The position numbers and the translations under genes were made by a program. Below are positions 24,010-36,657 of a stretch of 64,000 nt of DNA, in pieces. Under the pieces are notes generated by a model. That model did not search any database. It had not been told where the DNA came from and saw only the letters and a program-made list of their open reading frames with translations. Origin of the DNA: Amphiscolops sp. MND2022 (lineage: Eukaryota); assembly GCA_964187785.1 (NCBI GenBank), contig OZ076409.1, forward strand, positions 76,882,001-76,946,000, given 5' to 3'. How positions within the stretch are numbered: the stretch's first letter is position 1; each line of letters opens with the position of its first letter.

Positions 24010-24636
24010 GATTTAGTATCATTTCACCCCACATCATTTCATCCCATGTTCATTTCACCCCACGTTCATTTCACCCCACGTTCATTTCACCCCACGTTCA
24101 CTTCACCCCAAATACATTTCACCCCACGTTCATTTCACCCCACATTTAAATTATCAATGCGTCTCAGATTAATGACTATTGCCATACAATTTCAATGTTA
24201 GCGCTAATCGAAAAGCGCCTTGAATCTAATTACTAATTACATAAGCAAACGATGCTTGCTATTTGAACCACAAAATTGGAGCCAAAAAGTTTCACTTATC
24301 GGAAATGTAATACTTCTGAACCAAGCGCTGAAAATTTTTATCTATCAATCAGAATCTTCAATTATGGATGCTGCAAATCTTCAGCAAAAATATTTCGTAT
24401 TCCGTTTTTCTACCGCATAAAAAATTCCTAAAGGCAATAAACCAAATCAAATCCAAGCCAACTCAAAGACATTGGGCATCAAAGTTTAATCGTTAATTGG
24501 TTAATTAAGTTGAGGCGCTTCTGTATAAATACAATATGGTGTGAAATGAAAGTGCGGTGAAATGAACGTAGGGTGAAATGAATGTGGGGTGAATTGATAT
24601 GAAGTGAAATGATATGGGGTGAAATGAATGCACACC
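24010..24636. mobile_element. Foldback-type element with modular inverted arms (16-bp units), 8-bp TSD
   Basis: Left arm (GTTCATTTCACCCCAC)n, right arm (GTGGGGTGAAATGAA)n; TSD GAATTCCA at 24002-24009 and 24637-24644. Confidence 0.8.
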
Positions 24637-25552
24637 GAATTCCATTTACACTCCAGTTTTTGAGCCGTCGAAACTACTTCTCACGATAGACACATTTTCA
24701 TTGGATAGTCTAGGCCATCAGAGAGTCCAAATAAATTCGGAGTGAGACAAAAATTCAAACGTTCCCCAGGAAAATAAGCTAGTAATCTTACTTAGTTAAG
24801 ACTGTCTAATGTGATGGCATCTGTTATATGGTTGTGACAGTGAGTGAAAATAAACTAAAAGACATTGTTTGTAAATAAGTACCTATCAACTGTTTAAACC
24901 TCAGATTAAACTGAGAACCACTTGCGAAAGCCTATAGTTAAAATACAGTCATATTTCACTTCAATTTCTTCAAAATCATCATCAATACACATTCATTCCT
25001 CAATACGTTTTCAAATAGTTTGAGTTCCATGTCATCAATGATTTATCCGTCCCGACCTCTACCGAGTTCCGGTCGAGCGTATCAGCGAGTTGTTGATAAA
25101 CAAACTCAAAAGAACAAACATATAATGTATTTATTTGATACCATAGTTTTGTAATAGAACAGTTGTTCAGTAAAAAAACTTCTTCCAGAAAGTCATGTTT
25201 TTCTTAATCCTAACCTCAGAATCAACAACACTTTCAAAATGTAGGCATCGTTTTTTAATTTGTTCTTTTCTGTAATATTATCCTTCTGCTCGAACTCACG
25301 TCATCCTTAACAGAATCCATCGAAAACACATAATTAGAAACTTTGTTGATCAATCAAGGAATAAACTGTTTGGAAAAGAAGAAAATAATTCCGCTGAAAC
25401 TATGCTTAAATATATTCAAAATCGATGAAAAATGCTATAGAAATGTCATTTTGTAACTTCCTTTTTCCAATAGTTGGTATTTAGAAGAGGAAATTGGCAG
25501 TTAATTGCCCAAGCCGGCGTTCCCTTCAGAGCCAAAGAGCAGAGTTTTTCAG

Positions 25553-25803
25553 GAAAACAAGCTAGTAATTTGCTCGACGATGAACGTGACTTGGCATCTC
25601 AGTTTCAAAAAAATGTTTTCTTTCGAAATGTGATTCAAAATTTTAAGGGCAATTTTAATCAACTAAACTCTGCCGTGGACGTTGGTGTTGATATTCTATT
25701 TGGCCTTGTGGATAAAACACTGGCTTCCGAAGTGGGAGAACGAATTCCGACTCTCACTAATTTCCAATTTTCATCATTAAAAGAGACCATTTTAAAGATT
25801 TCT
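25553..25803 (+). CDS. Candidate host exon, product unknown
   Basis: TTTTTCAG acceptor, open frame KQASNLLDDERDLASQF...LKETILKIS, GTAAGA donor; no recognisable domain. Confidence 0.25.
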
Positions 25804-25940
25804 GTAAGAACGGTTGGGGTATGCATATGAAATTTTCCCCGCACATTTTGTGTGACTTTGAAAGGTTTATCTTGACGCGAGTAAAAAAAAAGGTGCGTGT
25901 ATTTGCGTGACTAATTTGAATTCTCTTTTACATTTGCTTC

Positions 25941-26137
25941 TGTGGCATGAAATGGCAAAATGAACAATACAGTTAAAATGAACATTGAACTACCTGCCAC
26001 TTTTATGATGTCATGTAATGTTAATGCGTATATAGAAACACACTGAGATATCAGACACAATTTAGATTGGCTTTGATACTTACACTCTTGCTTTTTAATT
26101 CACTGTATTCATCCTCTTGTTTCTCCAAGTTACTTCA
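25941..26137 (+). repeat. 5' LTR of element 2
   Basis: TG...CA, direct repeat of 31674-31870. Confidence 0.95.
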
Positions 26138-26172
26138 TGGCGCAGTCAGCATCTTGAACAAGAAGAAAAATA

Positions 26173-29100
26173 ATGGATAACAACAATACTGACCTCAATT
26201 CCACGGAGGACAGACCGATGTCTTCGGAACAGACAACACGGACAACCAACAACCAAACGATGTCAGAAAGAGCGGAAAAAAGCAAGTACAAGATTCCCAT
26301 TTTGTCTGACAGAGAAACCGATCTTACCAAGGCCAACCCAAAGATGTGGTGGGAACAAATTTCGGAATACATTCTTTTGACCTACAACCGAAACTTGTAC
26401 GAAATTACCGATGAAGGAGTAGAATACATGGACCCCCACACGGTATACCACATAAAAGGTGACGTTATCTGGGCCCTAGGCCCAAAAGCCAAACATGAAA
26501 TCATGAGAGGACAATGGGGTCGAGAAATAAAAGATGTCAAATTGCCAGAATTATTGACACTATTCAAAAAAACATTTCTCCCGGTAAGAAACGTCTTCCA
26601 CAGCAGGGCCCAATTTTTCAATATGAAGCAGGACGATAACGAGACTTTAGATGAATACTGGAAGAGGCTCGTGGACATCGAGAGAAAGTGTGACTTTGGG
26701 AACATAACGGCAGAAGAAATCATCACGTACAAATTTGCAGCCACAATTAAAGATAAACGAGCCCAAGACAAATTCATAAAGGGCCCTCTGAAAATACAAT
26801 TGGTATTAGAGACCATAGAGCTCGACAATTACAACAGAAAGTACGGTGATAAAAAACCCAAAACCAAAAAAGCTAAAAAAGATTCCACAAGTAGTTCAAC
26901 AAGCACCGAACTAATCGGACATACGAACCAATCACGGAAGCGGAGAACACAATTTAACGACAAAAAGAAATTAACGAACAAAAACTGTCGCTTCTGCGGA
27001 AAGCCAAACTGGTCCATGGAACACATTTGCCCGGCACGGAGAGCACAATGCAATAATTGCAAAAAAATGGGACACTTTGCCAAGGCTTGCAAATCCAAGA
27101 CCGTAAGCCGGATAGCCGAAGTGGTTTCATCGGACAGTAACACCGAATCATGGCCGGAAGTGGACCACATTCAATCCGTGAACGGTATTAACCGAGTCGA
27201 CTTCTACAAAACTATCCTATTGGTCCACGGCCAGCCAATAGAATTCATTATCGATACCGGCTCTCCAGTGACAATTATTCCGCCAATTATTGATTTGACC
27301 GAAGTGAAGAAAACAACAAAAACATTTGTGGACGTAAACAAGAATCCAATAAAATTCAAGGGGGAAGCCATGGTTGAAGTGAAAACAGAAAAAAGCAGAG
27401 AGATATTACCAATCCTAATAACAGAAAATAAAAATACTCAACCATTATTGGGCTTGGACTGGCTTGATAAATTGGAAATTGGATTACAAGGCAGCAAGAA
27501 AACAAATGTTATTCGTCATGTGACAGAAGACGAAGAAAGAAAAAGAATCCTCAACGAATACGAAGATCTATTCAATAACAACCACACTATCAAAGACCTT
27601 ACCATTGACATTCACTTGAAAAAAGACGTCAAGCCAATCCAGCAAAATGGACGGCCGGTCCCTATCCATTTTCAAAAAATTGTCCGTGAAGAGTTAGAAA
27701 AACTAATAGACAAAGGACATCTGGAAAAGGCTGACAGAACAACGGAAAATTGTTTTGTATCACCCGCAGTTATCACCATCAAAAAGGACAAATCAGTCAA
27801 AATAGCCCTGGATTCATGAAAATTGAATGATGCATGTATAAAAAGAAAAGCTGCAATGCCGAACATGGAAGAACTGATTAGCAAAATCTCCGCAAAAATT
27901 ACCAAAGGAAATGGGGATATTTGGATGTCCAAAATCGATCTGGATTACGCATACGGACAAGCGAAATTGTCGAAAGAAGCCGCAAGACACTGCGTATTCT
28001 CCATCATTGGGGGAGAATTCACCGGACACTACCGGTTCAAGAAAGGCTTCTACGGCTTATCCGACATCCCTACGGTATTCCAAGAGCACATCGACTCCGT
28101 GTTGGAATTCAAAACACCGGTCTGGCTAGACGACATCATATGCGTGACTAACGGTGATATCGAAGATCACGAAAAGGAATTGCGAGAAGTTTTGTCAAAA
28201 TTGCAAGACGCTGGTTATCGGGCAAGTGAAAAGAAAACAGAATTATTCAGAAAGGAATTAACCTGGCTCGGCTATTATATCAACCAAAACGGCGTTAAAC
28301 CAATCAAGGACAAAACGGAAGCAATAACTAAATTAGAAGCCCCGAAGAACGTGAAAGAACTGAAATCATTCCTGGGATCAATACAACACTTATCAAAGTT
28401 TATCAACAATCTATCGAAGAAAACCGACGAAATGAGGAAACTCTTGAGAAAGGATACCAAATGGGAGTGGACACCCGAGATAGACGAAGACTTTGAAAAG
28501 CTGAAGAAAGAAATCACAGAGGCCCCATGCCTAGCACATTTCGGCCCACAGAAGGAAAACTACATCACCACAGATGCGTGCAATACCGGACTGGGCGCAA
28601 CACTATGGCAGAAAGAAGGTGAAACTTTTAGACCCGTAGCATTCGCAAGTAGATTTTTAACTGATTGTGAAAAGAAATACGCAATTAATGAACTAGAATT
28701 ACTAGGGGCTCTGTGGGGTTTAGAATACTTCAGGTATTTTGTATATGGAAAAAGATTAAATTTGTTAACAGATCACCAGGCGTTACAACCGCTATTGAAA
28801 AAGAACCGAGCTCATAAGCAATACAGCGCACGATTAACACGTTGGCTGGATAGATTGAGCCATTTCGATGTCAATGTTCAATACACGGCCGGTAAAAACA
28901 TTCCGCTGACGGACTATTTGAGCCGTCATCCGATTATACCATCCGAGATCGCCGAACTAGAAAACAAAGCGGACGGATTAACCGAAACGGAAGCCGAAGA
29001 AGAGTTCGTCATTAATCAAATATACGGCTTATTAGAATTCAACCAAAAACGCGGCAGCATAAAACGATTCACTGAACGAAACGACACGACAGAAAAATTC

Positions 29101-31542
29101 AACCAATCACAACGCGGCTCTAACACACGCGAACGGAACCAAAATACTCACTTGCTTAAAGCCTCACCGTTACCAAACAGCAGCATTCCAAACTCATTCA
29201 AAACTTTACCGTCGTCAAGCAATAAAATGGACAAGGTCAACGGAATTGATATGGATTTTATTTTCAAAAAGAGAGGCCATTCACCAGAAACGAAGCGTTT
29301 ATGGATCGAAAGAAACCATATCCTGAAACCGGACAAAACTCGAATAGTGGGGAAGGGCAAAGAAAGTGAAAGAATTCAGGAATGTAGGCCCAATCAAGTG
29401 GGGCGAAAACGAATTGCGGAATTAAACATTGAAATTTATAACCGTTTCTTCCACTATTGCGAAACATTAAACACGACCCCTTTAGAAGAATTTCAACAGA
29501 ACAACAATGAATCCTGGACCAACAGCAATCAATCAGATGGAGAAAGCCAGACGAGCCGGACAAAACAAGACAAATGCCCCACCAACGCATTGAGACGGTT
29601 CAAGAAACACGAAACGGTCATCCTCATTAGACTGAAGCAGACGGCCAAACTAAACACGCTAGAGCCGGAACAAAATGAGAAGACCGCCGACGTACTAAAG
29701 AAAGCAGAGAAGGATTTTGCATTGGACCTGCCCCTACTGGTGGAGGAGACAGCACGCGATATCAAAATCCTAAATACAATTGCCGCAATTGAACAGCAAC
29801 AACTGGAGAGCATATTCTATCCAAACCGCCCTCACCGTCTACATCTGTCAACCAGATTCGGACTGCTATTTTACAACGACAAAATAGTCATACCGGAAAA
29901 CATGCGGTCGACAATCATTGCCATGGTACATCACGGCCATGTCTCCCAAAACAAAATGGAACAACTCGCAGAAGCCTTCTGGTGGCCCGGCCTGAACCGA
30001 GATGTACACGAAAAAGCGGAAACATGCCCGAGCTGTAGAGCTGCAGGTAAGAACATCATTACACAAATTCCGCCAACGGAAACAAATAATTTAGAAATTT
30101 TAACCGAACCGAATCAGGAGATTCAATTGGATTTCGCCGGTCCAATTAAATTAAAATCACGCGGTGACGTTTACATTTTAGTAGCAGTAGACCGTTTTAG
30201 CAAATGGCCCACCGCACAAGTATGTAAAAGTGCGGATACTCGGACCGTTTTAAAATTTTTAACCGAATATTTCACAAACAACGGGACACCACAGTGCATT
30301 AGAACCGATAACGGCAGCTGCTTTAAAAGCAGCGAATTCAAAAAATTTTGTACGGATGAAAACATAAAACGTATAAGATGCACTCCGAACCTACATACCG
30401 GCACGGGTCTAGTCGAGCGTATGATACGGACAATTAAGTCATTAACTAGAGCGAATATGGCCGATGGATTAAAATTTGAAGACAGCATCCAATTAGCAAT
30501 CAAAACAATCAGACAAACTCCACACAGTAGCCTAAACATGACGCCTTTTCAAATGCACTTAGGCAGAAAACCACGAACTGCACTTATCAACATAATCGGT
30601 AAACCTGAATGTCTGCTATCCAATTGGAAGAAAACGCTAACCAATTACATTTTAGCACAACCAACGTTACAAGTAGTCACCATCAACGATGCTGAAGGGG
30701 AAATGGCCGACTACCTGGTGCTCAACGATACTCGAAAAAGAAGCCGTTCGGTAAGCCGGAAATTCAAAAAATATCAGTTTTTAGAAAAAGAAAACAGACC
30801 CAATTCAATGAAATGTGGTTTTAAAACAGATAAAATTTTAACGGCAACAAAAGAAACCGATCATACTGTCAACACCTCCAATGGGAGGATAATACACAAA
30901 AAACTCGCCTCTAAACCTTTAAAATTTCAGACCCAAAGGAAACCAGACGAACCGAAGAAGGTCATTACTCGCTGCAAAAGGTGCGGAAAATTCATCAGCG
31001 ACAAATACTGCGAAGCACACCGACAATTAGACAGCAATAACAATGACGCCGAGGAAGGACCTAGCACCAGCCGCAACTTCCCGACAATGCCCGCAAAGAA
31101 GAAGTACAAGCGGATAATCACTTACGATTCATCCAGCAAAGAATCCAACACCGCCGACCCCAGCTCGGGAGAAGATAACCCCAACTCCGACAGAGAAGAA
31201 GAAGATCCGGAGGAGACGGACCTCAGAGCCGAGATCGGACGAGAAATTGAAAGATTGCGGGAACAGACACCGGCACCCACAACACAAGTCGGATGTAGCA
31301 CCGGACGGGCCAGCACTCCACCACAACCGGATGTTCAGGGCACACCGATACACCGCCAAACAACGCTCGATACCGGAATCGAAATCGCCGAACCAAGAGA
31401 CGGGATAACAGGTAAAATTAGGGCGGAACAAAACTCTTACTTTAGAAAAAATCAAATAAAATCAGAACCTGAACCGCGTATGTCCGAAAGAATAAAATCA
31501 GCACGAAGAGTAGTGAAACTAGGTGGGGTAGAATATTTTTAA
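26173..31542 (+). pseudogene. Single-frame gag-pol of element 2 with one nonsense mutation (TGA 27817-27819)
   Basis: ORFs 26173-27819 and 27823-31542 share a frame; two zinc knuckles (CRFC..HIC, CNNC..GH...C), IDTGS, WLDD, TDAC/ELE/TDH, HHCC, QLDF/RTDNG/VER. The stop replaces R of DSRKLN seen in element 1. Confidence 0.93.
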
Positions 31543-31673
31543 ATCTTTTACGTTTAGGAGACGCCTACACTTTCACCACTCCAGCTCGATTCCCGTTGAC
31601 TCCATTTCCACGGATCAAGAAAGACATTCCACGGCAACAGTGGTTCCCTTAGAAGGTCCCGGAAGAAGGGGAA

Positions 31674-31870
31674 TGTGGCATGAAATGGCAAAATGAACAA
31701 TACAGTTAAAATGAACATTGAACTACCTGCCACTTTTATGATGACATGTAATGTTAATGCGTATATAGAAACACACTGAGATATCAGACACAATTTAGAT
31801 TGGCTTTGATACTTACACTCTTGCTTTTTAATTCACTGTATTTATCCTCTTGTTTCTCCAAGTTACTTCA
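31674..31870 (+). repeat. 3' LTR of element 2
   Basis: Follows the PPT; TG...CA. Confidence 0.95.
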
Positions 31871-34169
31871 GCTTCTCAGGTTTGGAACATACCTCATAGA
31901 CACTGCTCATCTCGTTAAACTTCTTACAGCTTTGCACTAAATTGTAAAGGGTATGCTTTTTGAAATATACTTCCCCATATCACATTTACTTTTAAAGAAA
32001 TTGGCCTTACTGTCCAACGCCAAGTTCTACTCTCCAATTTGGTCTGACTGTAACAATCGTTGTGTAATTGTGATGAAATTCAAACTATTCGGTTCGGTTT
32101 CAATATTTATTCTCGAATGAACGTTAAACCATTAAACTGGACGTTCGAGAATTTGAACGTTATTATTTTTCGCCCATTTTCCAAATGGGAAAAAAATTAC
32201 TGAGCCGCAATTTTTCCCATCATTTGGGCAATGTCCCAGCTCCAACCCAAAATATATTACATTAATTTTTCGACTGAATTCAACTGCCATGAAATTAGAT
32301 TTGTGCTATAAGTTTTCTTGAGATAATTGATTTTTTTGGGAACGCGCCTCTAAAAAGTTCCCGAAACGACTACCGAAATTTTTGATAAATTTGACCTTTT
32401 AATGTAATTTTTTAAAAGTTTTCGAATGTTGACCAGAGTTACAACATCCACTGAGATCAACCACGAAACAACAAGCTATGCAGTACGTGTTTCAAAAGCG
32501 GAAGCCGGAGTTTTTTTTGATGAAAAGGTCCACAAAAAAAACCAAATCCAATTTTTTTCATCCAAGTATCCAGAACATTTTCGTCACCTTTTTTTGGAAT
32601 GGTTTCAAAGGTGAAAGAATCTAAACGTTTGAACAAAGGAAAAGTTAGACATCCAGTATTTAAGAAGAAAAATCTGAGTGCCCACAGAAAAAACTAAAAC
32701 TTCGATAAAATGAGCGTGTCAAGCAATTTTTGTGCGTTCTCTGCTATTTTTGTTAATTTTTGCTACTTTTAGTGGTTATGACTATTCACAGCGTTCGAAA
32801 ACAGAAACATTACTGTTCATCAATCTTTTCAAACTTTAATTATTAAATTTGTTTTTTTAACGCCACAAAACGCTCAAAAAGAGCAAAAACGCCGACAACG
32901 GTCTGTTTTTGACCATTAAAGCTGTTTTTGAATCATTATTACATGCTGAGGTGTGTATGAAAATCCACAGCATTCAATGACAAGAAATATTCTACTGAAC
33001 ATAATTTTTATCACACCAATGGAGGTATTTTTCTCCGCAGAAACGATTGCAATGACCCAAAAATTGTCAAGTTTTTAGATTTTTGACAGACTTATTCATT
33101 TTTTGTGATTATTTCAACTGTTGAAAGAGATTTTCTCCATCAAAAATTGAGCAAAATAACAAAACCGTCAAACTTCACTTAGTGTTAGACTGTGTAATGG
33201 TTGGAGAAATAAATTAAGTGCTGTGGAATCAGATTAGTGCTAATCCCATTTATTTCATCGAGGTTCAGCTCCAAGGAAATACTTACACTCCACCTTGGAA
33301 GAGTGGTCATGAGGAAAAATAACAATTGGACGGAGAAAACAAAGGAAAAATGAGCAACGGTGAGCCTTCAGACCTTTGCGAACCACGAGAAAGTCACTTC
33401 GAAATCACATCCTTGAAGCGAGCATTGCTTTACTATTTGGCTGCATATATGATATAGAACCTTGTTCTCAAAAAAGTGTCAAAGTAACACCTTCGGGAAA
33501 TCATGGTGCAGTTAAAGAAGAATGCATGTATTTGTGTGGTGCCAGGTTTGAATTTCTCTAAATTCAGTGGTTCAAATTGTTTTTTCATGCTTCCAAAAGT
33601 ACAGTGAAAATAAACGGGTTCCATCCTTGCGTTTTTTGGCACTGTGTGACTTGCCGCAGACGTTTTTTCAAGCAGGAAAGATTCTTTCCATAGACTTCTT
33701 GTCACAATTTTGTTAATTTTGGTTTTCTGTTGAAGAAAAATGTTTTTCGAGTCCTAAGGTTCTAGCCAATAAGCCACAAACTGGCATGCATTTTTTGATA
33801 TGTTCGTTCAGAAAAAATCATATTTTCACACTGCAAGATCTCCCTTGAACTTTTTTAGTGCTTGTAGCACATTTGTAACAGTGTTTCGCACCATACAGAT
33901 GTCACAGCGCTGAAACTCACGAGAAACCCGTTTTGAACTTCCGTAATTTTTCAAATTGATTCATGGTAAAACCTTTTTCGAATTTTTGACGTTATTCACT
34001 ATTTTTGTCTTGAAAGGAGTAAACTAGTGTTTGAATTTGATCTTTTTGGATGTTTTTTTGTTTCCAAAAATGAAAATTTAAAAATTGGTTTGCGAACGAA
34101 CTGATATAACAACAAAAATACGGTTTATCCAAAAAATTAGCTTATCCTAATTAAGTTATGAAAAAGATA

Positions 34170-34533
34170 AACAAGCCGGGAACGGCCCAAGTCGGCGCCA
34201 TATCTAAGGCTCAAAAATAGCTAAAGGACTTCCAAGTGTCAAGGTTTCTCTTCTACAGCATTAGGAAAAAGTTGAAAAAAATCCCATTTTTTCGAAGTTT
34301 TTTTCAAATTTTTTTGGTCTCCGATAAGTCGCATAGTACCGAAAAATGTAGAAAGGGACCTCAAAAAAGACTAATAAACCTCTATCTCAAGTGCCAGTAG
34401 AAGTAGTGTGGCATTTAGTGTTAGTTCAAGTCAGCTTAGAAACCTTATAAAATCTGTATCTGTCACTTCGTTGGTCTTAAAAAAAGTCACTACTATAGTC
34501 TGCGTTTTTCTACGAAAAAGCGCCGACTAAAAA
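34170..34533 (-). mobile_element. Family-B DINE-1/Helentron-like element
   Basis: AACAAGCCGGGAACGGCCCAAGTCGGCGCC at left and GCGCCGACTAAAAA at right are reverse complements of the family-B 3' and 5' ends. Confidence 0.7.
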
Positions 34534-36657
34534 TGAAGAAAGAAATATGCGTTAGCTGATTTGCAGATCATAGCAGGTCTTTGATTGAGACTATTTCTTT
34601 GTAGTTTCGTTTTCAAACGATCAAACGAGTGTGTTAAGTGTCGTTTTTTCAACGGCTTCCTCAAACAGTATAACAAAAAATCACTTTGCCACTGCGCCGC
34701 TTGGAAACAATTACGTTTATGATTTTTTTGGAACGAGAAGAAAGGGCTTAAAGCCGATTTCTTTCACATCTCGTGCTTTCACCAGTTTGCACATTCAAAA
34801 TCCAAGATCTTACTGTTTCTAATGAACTTAGATGACAAAAAAAGACTTTATATCGGTTAGCACTTTGTAAAGTTTTCATGGGATATCCCATTTTTTAAGC
34901 GTCTTGTTAACTTTGTATGGGCTATGTAAAAAGTTGGAAAATCAATATTGACGAAATTACAAAAGTTCGAAACAAATAGATTTTTCATGCCCCTTTCAAG
35001 AAACTATACAATTTGAATTTTGTCAAAAGATGTAGTTTTTAGGTTTTTCACGTTCGGTTCTAGAAGTTTCAAACATTTTTTCGTTTGTTTTTTCCATTCG
35101 TTTTGTTCTATCCTGTAACTTTATCTTTCTGGCGTCAAACTCACGTCATCAATAACGGAATCGATAAAAAAACTAATAAGAAATTTTGTCGATCAATAAA
35201 GGAATAAATTATTTGAGAAGAAGAGAACAAAGTAATTCGGCTGAAAATATGCTTCAACGTTATCAAAATCGATGACAACTGTTCTAGAAAAACCATTTTA
35301 ACTTCTTTTTTCCAAAAGTTGGTATTTAGAGGACGGAATAGGCAGTTAGCCGCCCAAGCCGGCGCCCCTTCGGAACCAGAGAGCACACTGACTTGCAAAT
35401 ATGCTCAGTTGCTTTAACCAAAAGGACACATTGGATGCTTTTGTAGATGACAATTCTGGATGTGTGCCACCTTAAGTGAGTTCTGGGGTCTGAATAAAAA
35501 CAAGACGAAAACGTCTTAAGCCGGCGCCCCGTTCAATGCCCAAAAAGGTAAAAGTAAAAGGCGCTTTTTATAAAAATTCTGAAAAATCACTTAATATCCA
35601 AAAGCACACTTTGCACCCAAGGTTTTTCAGTGACTCAAATTGTCGAAATAAAACCTAAATGAGGACTTTTTGATGCAACGAAAAATTCTTCAAAGAATGT
35701 CGCAGTGCCGAAAGAGGCCTAAGTGGGGTGGGCCTCATTTTACTTTGAAGGCCTCATTGTAACCAATCAACTGAGCACTGTTTTATGAACATCAGTTTAG
35801 AATTTTTTATTCAACATTAGAACAAGACAGTTGATTATCATAAAATGACAATTCATGAAAAACAGACTTGACAACAAAACTGAAGCATTGTAATACTTTT
35901 TGTGCCCTCAGAGAAGAATTTTATTCAAAAAAAGTTTATAATGGTTTATTTATAATTTATAATTTATTTATAAATTATTTATAATTTTGTCTGAGCAGTT
36001 TTTATTCCTTTTGTGTTATCAACACTGCCAATATTTCGACCGTCAAATGCAGAACAGCTTAAAGGTATCGTCACTTTTTCATCATATCACAAGTTTTTTC
36101 AATGTGGCACCACAGGGGTTGAAGCTATTGTAAGTTTTGATGTGAAAACCAAAATGACACGCTCAATTGAACCGAAACTGACAAAAATATGAAAGAAAAA
36201 TAAAAGAGAAAAAGAAAAAAACTATGCAAATGAACAAACACTAATACTCGCTGACGTAATAAATGCTAAATCTTCTAAAATGACAAAGTGCGTTTTATAA
36301 AATTAGAATAATGTATGCTAAGTATATTTTAGATATCGAAGCATTATAATATATATCTTACAGTATCTCGATTATACAAAAGTATTTTTGAATAAATATT
36401 TCAGATAATCCCTTCAAGAACAAAAAATTGTCCGAGGATGCAAGCAGCAATCCGTTACCAGTTTTCACAAGATTCATTCTTAATCCTTTTTCAGATCTTT
36501 GTTTCTTTTTTATTGTCTAATCGTAGGTTCATTCTGTGGTGAACATTCACCGAAAATTAACAGACTAGGAAATCTGAAAAAAAAATCTTGATGTTTGAAA
36601 AGCCAGCACGATGACCAGTGTAACCGCCATGCTTGACCAGTCATTGGAAAATAGATG

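Larger units (their letters stand above)
25941..31870 (+). mobile_element. Full-length Ty3/Gypsy LTR retrotransposon (Mag-like), element 2, nearly intact
   Basis: 197-bp LTRs 25941-26137 and 31674-31870 (2 differences seen); TSD GCTTC (25936-25940, 31871-31875); PBS TGGCGCAGTCAGC 26138-26150; PPT GGAAGAAGGGGAA 31661-31673. Confidence 0.97.

Noticed and set aside
24019..24144. CRISPR-like short repeat array
   Set aside because: No unique spacers, mirrored by an inverted arm, eukaryotic context.
25272..25541. ~270-bp sequence repeated at ~35138-35385, considered as a duplicated exon
   Set aside because: Contains a family-B-like GGCGCCGGCTTGGGC subTIR and hairpin on the minus strand and no shared open frame; more likely another repeat family.
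27817..27822. Programmed stop-codon readthrough between gag and pol
   Set aside because: The stop lies inside RT at a position that is Arg in element 1, so it is a mutation. The same applies to the TAA at 15428.
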